DNA of 63,495 bases, the filler included, from Collodictyon triciliatum (Eukaryota): NCBI GenBank assembly GCA_043381765.1. It is 12 parts of 12 records of this genome, joined end to end, with 100 filler letters (N's around TTAATTAATTAA, not from the genome) between each part and the next. Parts side by side here need not be neighbours in the genome. Positions count along the whole stretch, not along the records: positions 53,010 to 58,202 come from JBHJMP010005394.1; positions 58,303 to 63,495 come from JBHJMP010005395.1; 10 more parts are not named here. The stretch is one strand, 5' to 3'. This document shows positions 54,609-63,495 of this stretch, one piece after another. Position numbers and translations under genes: made by a program. Numbering within the stretch: position 1 is the stretch's first letter; the number at the start of each line of letters is the position of its first letter. Under the pieces are notes generated by a model. The model had not been told where the DNA came from and searched no databases. It saw nothing but the letters and a program-made list of their open reading frames with translations.

Positions 54609-56395
54609 ATGGCCTTGTCAGTTATGGAGGCGATCTCGTCTGTCCGCCAGGTATGCGGAATCGTGGCTGGTGCATAGTCTTCGCGATTCAAGGCGCAGTT
54701 GGACTGAACGAGAGAGAGAAAGAGTCGGAAGACCAAAACAGCTCTTTCTTGTCTTTTTCTTTCTTCCTTTTCTTTCTTCCTTTTCTTTCTTTTCTTTCTT
54801 TTTCTTTCTTTTCTTTTCTTTCTTTCTTTTCTTTCTTTTCTTTCTTTTCTTTCTTTTCTTTCTTTACTATTTTTCTTATTTTCTTCTTTACTCTTTGTCT
54901 CTCTTTGTCTCTCTTTGTCTCTCTTTGTCTCTCTTTGTCTCTCTTTGTCTCTCTTTGTCTCTCTTTGTCTCTCCTTTGTCTCTCTTTGTCTCTCTTTGTC
55001 TTAACATTTGACAACTAAAATGAAGAGAGTGAGACTGAAAAGTTCCAATCATCGAGCAACACTTTGCAGGTGATCGAAACGGGAAAGTTTATAAGAGAAT
55101 TCTTGAGAGAGGACATTGAAACCCCACGCGAGGTTCTTGGCCGACTCCAAAGCCGTTTGGAAGTCCTTTCGCATCCCCTTAAATATTGCGTTCTTCGGAC
55201 AGCAAATGCAGATTCAATATTTCAAGACGTGGTTCATAAAGTTTGTGGCATATTTCTACGTCCGTAATATCTATAATTTTTTTTTTAAAAAAAAGGTGTC
55301 CTTTGTGATAGTTAATAAATAACTTACTGATGATTTGATGCTTATTCAACTTAATGCTAACTTCTTTTTTTTTATTCTTGTTTAGACCTTTTTTTTAACA
55401 GTGAACATCGCGCTTTATTATTTTTCTCTTTTGTTTTGTTTTATTATTTTCTCCTTTATCCAATTCAACGTGTTGTCGAGTATGTTTAGATTTACAAAAA
55501 ATGATGTATAAATTTAATATCTGCATGAAATTTGGATGAGTTTTTCCCTTTGTCGCTCAGGTTGAGTCATGCATGTCAAAGATTATTCAATTTCTAGGGT
55601 CTCTTCAAGGAGGGAGATTATCAGGAGAAGGTATGTGCTCATTCGAAATGGTTTCTGTTAGAAAAAACCATCCCATCCACACTATGAATATCACATCTAA
55701 ATCTTCGACAACTCGTCAATGAACTGTTTCGTTCAATGAACACCATAGAGTTTGCCCTTCGCACGCGCTTTATTTTCTCAGAGATTGACTTTATCCTTGC
55801 TTCTCTAAATACAGCCTGCATCCTATCAAAAACTGTGGTAATCACACATATATTATGACCTTAGAATTATTCAATCTCTCTTGAAAATCATTATTATTTA
55901 CATATGGCATTATATCGAACCTTTAGTGTTCCCTAAAATGTAAGCCCATCTTTATTCCTTATTCCATGAAATACTTGTATTCATAGATCAGATATTTTCT
56001 AATTTTTCAAATATGCAGACACCTCTGCTATCATCACCATCCCCTTCTATCTTGATAAAAGCTACAATCAGCTTGCAAAAATCAACCAACTATGACGCGG
56101 ATTGGGTCCAAATTGAGTCTTGTAAAGCTGTTTTCGCAAAGAAGGAGGCGGATCAATGGTTTATTGTGTAGGGATTTAACATATATATATTAAAATTGAA
56201 AGCAGATATAAAAACATAAATGTATATATATATATTGAAGAACCAAATAAATTACACTACAAACACTATAATTAATATGATCATTATCATGAATATAGTA
56301 TTATTATTATTGTTATCATTATTATCATTATTATCATTATTATCATTATCATGAATATAGTATTATTATTATTGTTATCATTATTATCATTATTA

Positions 56396-56432
<37 letters not shown>

Positions 56433-57238
56433 TATCATCATTTATTTTTCTTTTTCAAGAAAAGAATCGTAATGATAATTCCCCTGATATGTAGCGATAA
56501 ACAGGCAGAAATCCACCTGGTGAAAAGCCATGGAAAATACCTACTGCAAATATCTTCAGAAAGTAAAACATGATTTCATATCACTTCACTTTCCCACCAT
56601 TGAAAAAAAAAATCCTTCCGTTTAAATATCTTTGACATATTAATTCGTTCCGATAAACTGTAATATAAATCTACCCGAAGCATAAGGTTACCATGAGCAA
56701 TAAAAATTTCTACCCTTATAATTGAATCTTCATAGCATTAGTACCTCAGATAACACACGAGTTTGGCTCTGTTAGTGGCATGTTTAGAAGCACATCCCGA
56801 ATTAACGAATCAGGGGGCGTCCAGATTCCAGCGATAGAAAGCGCAGAACCGTCACGTAATGCGTTGGTATGGGAGTATATGGCTCTCTCAACTACTTATC
56901 CAGCACCAATCGGAATGTCCATGACGGCAGCAATGCCTCCAGAAGAAAGCAAAGAATACTGTAATTCGGCACACAATCTACCCGAGACAGAACCGTCTCG
57001 CATGGGCAATAGTCATTCTCCTGAAAGACTTGAGCCTGAACCTTCAGAGGAACTGGACCAATGGGCCGAGGTCAATCCGCCAAAGATTGAGGCGTTTGCG
57101 TGCTTTTTCGGAGATAACGCGAATTCCTTGACTTTGGAATATTGCTCCATCATGTGTTTCCTACAAGCAAAGCTGCAAGTCAACCTCCACGAACTCAAGG
57201 ACGAGGTTATCTGCCACGGACTTCAGCAGCACCTGTGA
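54609..57238 (+). CDS. YRB30: RanGTP-binding protein (Yrb30-like), multi-exon
   Basis: Exons MALSVMEAISSVRQ|VIETGK...RLQSRLEVLSHPL; EIDFILASLNTACILS; SPSPSILIKAT. In-frame splices (CAATG|C GAT; GAAA|TA CCT) join these to the 56780-57238 ORF ending NSLTLEYCSIMCFLQAKLQVNLHELKDEVI, which resembles recalled Yrb30-family motifs (SPS.L..A; SL..LE....L..LQ...Q.....DE). Confidence 0.55.
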
Positions 57239-58474
57239 ATAAAGAGTTTTGCATTTTGTGCACGAGCGAAGCAACATATAAACATGCACGATGGTCTGCA
57301 CACCCAACTCCCACCGACATTCTGTTTGAGAACCAGCATTCGTTCGAATTATATTATTTATGCAAATGGCTTTGAGTGTTTCTGTCATATCATCTTCTGC
57401 CTCGCTGGGACACGCTCTGGTTTGTTTCCCTCCTTCTTTAACCATTCTATATTTACATTCCATAAGGCGTTCTTCACACAATTGGTTCGTCTACTTGAAA
57501 AACCCCCTAGCAACCCCATCAAGATATTTTCTTTTGTGAATAAAGAAAAGAAAAAAACAGAGTAAGCCCTCTGTGACTTCAAAGTCGATTACTGAGTAGA
57601 AAAGAATCCCAGAGGCGTTTTTCCTATCTGTCGAAAATTGTGATGTGAATACAACGTTTTCATGTCGGCATGAAAGAAACATACATAGTTAAGCAAACAA
57701 AAAGCCATTTCTCTCTTCTTCCTCTTTATTCTTTAGAATCAGGCCTTCTTGGGGTTTATAGCGAGTCGTTGCTTTTGTTTGAAATTTTTTCTCAGTACCG
57801 ACTTCCTCCTGGAAAGAGCTTTGTAGATATGTTCTCTATGATTATTTAGATTATCATGATTTGCAAGAGAAAACGTGTAGCATGCTTACTATGGCTAATT
57901 AACACCCCTTTCTATATGTAAATCAAAAGTCCAACATGTTTCCGTGAATATTCTCATGATTGTTGGAATCAAAATCACACTCACAAGGATTGTGTACGAA
58001 TGAACTGCTTAGGATGTTTTACTGGTATTGAAACTGTGTTCAATTTAATCCTACAAGTAATGAATGGAAAAAAATGATAATGTAAATGACATGAAATAAA
58101 ATAGTAGAAAAGAAAAGAAAAGAAAAGAAAAGAAAAGAAAAGAAAAGAAAAGAAAAGAAAAGAAAAGAAAAGAAAAGAAAAGAAAAGAAAAGAAAAGAAA
58201 AGNNNNNNNNNNNNNNNNNNNNNNNNNNNNNNNNNNNNNNNNNNNNTTAATTAATTAANNNNNNNNNNNNNNNNNNNNNNNNNNNNNNNNNNNNNNNNNN
58301 NNTTTTTTTTATTTGATTTTTTTTTTTTTTTTTTTTTTTACGCTGGACTGGTGATTGTATAAACACCAGACCATATGCATTGAAGAGCGTAAAATAAAAT
58401 TTTACGTTATGCTTCTCTTCCCCTTCTATAGAAAAAAATACGACTCATACTTAAAGGAAGGATATTAGATGGAA

Positions 58475-60496
58475 CTAATCCACCAAATTCGAAATATCTG
58501 CATTTCGGGGTTCCCGTTTCAAGGACTCTTCGTACATCTCATCCTCGTCCAATGGAGTCAAGTGGTTTAAGAACGTCATCAAGTCTGTGATTTCTGGAAA
58601 ATCATAACCAATATTCTGGAATTGTTGTATCTCACTTATAACACTGTATGTCAGCTGCCTCTTGCGGAAGTTTATCAGGTCACCAATAAAATCTTCGTTC
58701 CCATCATCGATAAATGTCAAATCACTCAAATACATACCTATAAATGATTGTTTTACAATTATTCATGGATAAAAATATACATGTAAAATGATTGACAAGG
58801 CCATTCAGTCTCTTACTATTTAGAGGAAAATTTTAATTATAAATATGTATAATTACCCCTATTATGAAGGTACATAAGCCCCCCGACATCATGAATCGAA
58901 TATTTTCCAAATATTGAAATAGTATATGTAAGAAAAATAAGAAGAAAAAAAAGAAAGAGGAAATAGGTACAAATTTGAAAATTGTGAGTTATCAGATTTG
59001 GGGGATCTGTTATTGCCAACTGATGAAAATCATAAAGGCAACATAAGATTTCATTTTTAGTGAAATTGTAAAACTTACAAGTAAGGAATACAAGGAGGAT
59101 TTGACGTATGAACTGCCTTGCGAAGTAGCATATAAGATCGGTCGCTACTCATTAGCTGTTTTATCGAATCAACCTCATGGATAAGATGCCTATTCATTCC
59201 ATTCAGAGTGTGTTTCAGACGATGGACAGCTGAAGAACCCAAACCACAAACAATAGAAAACGCAGAGTTCCAATTGTACACTTTAACCAATGCCTATTAT
59301 TTTAGTATATGAAATGAAGAAGGCACACTATAGTTTTCAGTTTGGTTTTGAACAATAATAGCAATAAAAAATTATATAACTGATTAAGATTGCATATGCA
59401 AATGTATATAAATATAATTCTAAAGGGATCAAATAAAATTATTTAGTTTGACAAAAGAAAGAGTCTCAAAGTACCTGAATAATTTCACAATACTTATTGC
59501 AGAGTTTGACTCTATCTTTTAAATTTATAGTACATACAACTGATGTCCCGACAAATTTAGATAGAGTATTGAATCTTTCAATCATGTATAAGACATTTGG
59601 AGATAGATGTTTGTACTTTTGCTCATTCCATGACTGATTGAGAAGTTCGACATGCTACGTTTAAATATGAGCATAAAAAGCTTAATATGTAAAATCAAAT
59701 AAAAGTCTATCTTGCTATAGTTTCCTCTTCTTTTTTTTTTCCTGAACAAAGTAGCGTTTAAATATAATCTTACTTTGATCATTTAATTATTGCACGATGA
59801 AATATATAATACCTTGATTGCCCGGAATAAATTAAAGTCAATCAAAGACAACTGCCGAGCTATATCTTCTGGGCTGTAGCTCATCATAAATTGATTCGCG
59901 TCATATTTTCTTTGAAGGGGCTAGTATCGACGCAAAATAGGTATATAATCGAGATAAAGAAGTACTATTAGTCAACGTCGAGAATTTGCGAGCTATCTTT
60001 TTTTCCTTTATTATTATAATTATCACCACCACGATTAAAGAAACCAAACACCAAAGTAAAAAAATCTTACACTAATTATATCATGAATACTATCTTTTCG
60101 ATATAGCTTAGCAAATCTCTAAGTAGAATGATATTGACTAATCAGATTAATCAAATAGAGAATGCGGATAAGGTTTCATATTATTATTATTTTAAAGAAT
60201 GAACCACAATTCATCTACTCACATTTTTGGATAGTATAGAGCATAACTGCTGCGCATATTTTTGTTGTCCGTTTGACTGCATCGATTGTATAAAATCTTC
60301 CAAATTTCTTATTAAGTTTTCATTAAAATCAGAAAATGAATGTTCCATCCAGAATTTCAAAACGTTATAAACACGCATGTGTATTGGTTTAATAAATTTC
60401 TCTTGATATTCAGCCAAAGGTACAGACGGAGGGAGTTTTGATACGGGAACGTTGTATCTGCGAGGATGCATTTTAGATTTACGCAAAATTTTGAAA

Positions 60497-60542
<46 letters not shown>

Positions 60543-63400
60543 GAGCATATCCAACAAGAAATAAAACCCATTAGGTTGACGTACCTTTGTCTAATTTTTT
60601 CAAGAAACATCTCCGGGCTTGTAAAACTTCGATAAGTAATCATAAATGTTTTCATATAGGTCAAATCTGCATTTTATGAATAAACGCATGAATTAATCTA
60701 GATCATAAACCCAAATATTCTTAAAAATCCATTGTACTAGATAAACCAAATTAAATCAAAAAAATAAACCACATTAAAATAAAAGTACTTGCCTGATTTC
60801 TTTGGAGAGATTAGTCTTTCAACCAACTTATTTAGCGTTGCAGCTTTGATATATTCTCCTTCGGGAGTCAACTGTACTTGTATATTGGAGGGATTATCTG
60901 GTAATTCATCCCAAATGTTGACATCATGGATCGAATCATCTGGACATGAAACCAACTTTCCACACGATGCCAAAATAGATCTGGACGTAATCACGAGTTC
61001 TTGTATTATCTGACTTATTGATAGCGTGTGCTTACAAAGAGACAACAAAATTTCATCTCGTTGAGTACCAGAACCAAGCGCAGAAAATATTTTCAGATAC
61101 TTTACTATGGCTAAGGATAAATTGTTTGCAAATATGGCGTATTGATAGAGTAAATTTCCCTTTGTGACATAACCGAGCAGATTATGAGAAAAAATCACAA
61201 TTGATAGGGAGTTCTCTTTGAATGAACGAGCTTTGGTTAATATATCAAACTCGATCCCTTCTCTTGTTGTGTCAAGGTCAACAACTGTGTCAATTATTTG
61301 AGACATATCTGTCAAAACTCTTTTTGATTGATTCAAAAGTCCCAATAGAAATTCATCGCTCATACCATTTTCAATGATTGTATGGTCTAGAAACGTCGAT
61401 AGTTCTTGAAGAATTTTCCTGGCCTGTTTCTTTTGATAAACTGACTCCGTAATAGACACTGCTGTTCGAATACAATTGGCAAAGTCAGTACTAGCTTGGT
61501 AAATCATCTCAGTGTCATGTATTTCGTCCATGAATACACCACTGAAAAGTACAATCTTTATAGAAAAAATTAGTTTCGCGCATTCTGATCTCAAAACTTT
61601 GCATACGTGCATTAACCTATATTTCATATCGTCTGGTTCGATAAACTCTATTACTGAATCCGTATACATGAATAGCTCATGGCAGGTATTGATTGTTGTT
61701 TTTGAATTTTCAAGAAACGTATCTTCTACTGGATCCTTAATGGATGAATTGATTAGGTCCAACACCAATGCAGCTGTTTCCCTTGCAGACGATTTCAAAT
61801 CCCTTACAATTTTGTCAAAACTTTTCGACTTTATTCGAGGAGCAGGGGACCCATAGGATGAAGCCTGGCTGACGTCGGTAGTTGGCGAATATGATGTAAT
61901 CGCCATGCTTTGAGATTTCTCGATGGTTATGTATGTATGGTCCTTTTGAAGCTTCCGTACTTCCAGATGAGAAACGGGTGCTGAATGGCTTTTCTCTGGA
62001 AAGAATCTACGATTTTCTGTAAGAGAGATTTCCAAAGTGCGCAGAGTGTGTTTTTCAGTTTCCTCCAGATGCCATTCATATTGCAAAAATACACGCACAA
62101 GCTGGTTTAGTGCATTCATCAATTCACGAGAATAAAATTTTGTTAAACTTAATGATGCCGTGTGTCCAGATAATACTTGTATGACTGCGATTAATTCCTT
62201 TGCATACGTTGAAATATTGATAATGGATAAGTTTTCGCCGCCTTTAGCTGCTGATAACTTGGCTGCATTCATGAAAACAAAGCTAGCCATTGAGACACAG
62301 TATTGAATGAAAGACTGGTTACATTCATGAATGTACTTTTGTTCTACTTGGAATCCAGATAAACGAGTGCCCATATGATTGGATATCGTTAATATTTTGA
62401 ATACACTAGATATGACTAGTTTGATTTTTGATAATTGAATAAAGACTCTTTGATCAAAGACGGATTGAGAAGACGCCAAAGAGGAAAATGACCTCAAAAC
62501 TGACATCCATTCAACCAAGTTTTTTTCATCCTCTGCCTCGAATATGTAAAATTTGATCTGGGTAACTACTTTAAAACTATTGAGCCGCGTGGTGTCATCG
62601 TCTGAAGCCCGTACAATAGAAATTATGTCTTGATATAAAACCCGTCCTTGTTCTTCGTGTTCCTGTAATAGATAACTCTGTGTTCAAGAAGCTGTTTGTT
62701 TGTTTGTTTGTTTGTTTGTTTGTTTGTTTGTTTGTTTGTTTGTTTGTTTGTTTGTTTGTTTGTTTGTTTGTTTGTTTGTTTGTTTGTTTGTTTGTTCGCT
62801 AATCAATACGAGGCCGTTAATATTCCACGCAATATATATAGTAGGCACACAACATATGTAATATTATTTCTTTCAAGTTTCTATGAGCATATCATACGTC
62901 TGAAGCGCCGTAATAGACTAGGCTTGAGTCTTCCAGCACAACCCATCGCTTATGTCGCTTCTTAAGTTTCTTTCCGATTTTGTATAGATATCCCATCTTG
63001 AAACCAATCATAGCAAGAGGCTTTTGCAAAAAGTTGTTGTGAACACGAATGTACCATGTGCTTTTTTTTTCCTTTATTCGATAATAAAATAATTGCTTAT
63101 TATCAAAGTTTACCTTAAGCCTGGAAAGGTGATCGGTTCTTGGGCGTTCTGTCATCCCAATACTCCTCGCCCAACTCTTCTGCGCTCTTTACTCTCTCTC
63201 TGTTTTCGGGATTCCAAGTTATTTTTTTTTTATCATTTTTTTGTGACACTCTTTTTTATGTGGGCCTTTTTCGACTTTAACAGGCAACAGGAGACAATCT
63301 GGCTTTCTTCTGCTCTGTTTCTGCATGGCTGTTTTCAGCTTGTTTGACGGATCAGTGATCAGTTTGATTCATCTTGTGGCGTGTTGGGGGTGACTTTGAA
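58475..63400 (-). CDS. Ras guanine-nucleotide exchange factor with PH domain, helical bundle, REM and CDC25 domains (5'-truncated)
   Basis: PH: KMGYLYKIGKKLKKRHKRWVVLEDSSLVYY...FEAEDEKNLVEWMSVL. REM: IKAATLNKLVERL, FMITYRSFTSPE, RVYNVLKFWMEH. CDC25: [43 protein letters not shown]...INFRK. Confidence 0.95.
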
Positions 63401-63420
63401 TAACGAAGACGCAAAAATAT

Positions 63421-63469
<49 letters not shown>

Positions 63470-63495
63470 AACAAAAAAAAAAAAAAAAAAAAAAA

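Noticed and set aside
57013-57198. Minus-strand ORF with a vaguely HMG/alpha-box-like look
   Set aside because: Antisense to the final exon of the Yrb30-like gene, which is supported by in-frame splicing; key HMG residues are absent.

Overview
Eukaryotic, intron-rich, AT-rich DNA from a protist or early-diverging opisthokont-like organism; the taxon cannot be fixed from sequence alone. The window is not one locus. It is 12 unrelated ~5.2-kb contigs sorted by decreasing length (1-5214, 5315-10520, 10621-15824, 15925-21126, 21227-26425, 26526-31724, 31825-37022, 37123-42319, 42420-47615, 47716-52909, 53010-58202, 58303-63495), joined by artificial 100-bp spacers (N44-TTAATTAATTAA-N44). Many contigs end in microsatellites. 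Recognisable content: tRNA-Leu(CAG); a probably mitochondrial acyl-CoA-synthetase-fold protein that has lost its catalytic motifs; an NLR-like TPR/pentapeptide/WD40/Sel1 gene with near-identical, position-variable WD40 repeats; an intronless HMG-box gene between LINE remnants; a CH-domain gene fragment; REI1/ZNF622; several degenerate L1/Tx1-like non-LTR retrotransposon pieces; WDR27 (partial); a 2-Cys peroxiredoxin that appears spliced in frame to an N-acylated coiled-coil; an SDR epimerase; a divergent homoisocitrate-dehydrogenase-like gene; a repeat-rich type I membrane protein; an ESCRT-III fragment; a Yrb30-like gene; and a PH-RasGEF. All exon structures were reconstructed by eye and family calls rest on recalled motifs, not searches. 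The strongest candidates for something new are the membrane-tethered peroxiredoxin fusion, the NLR-like gene and the two apparent pseudoenzymes.
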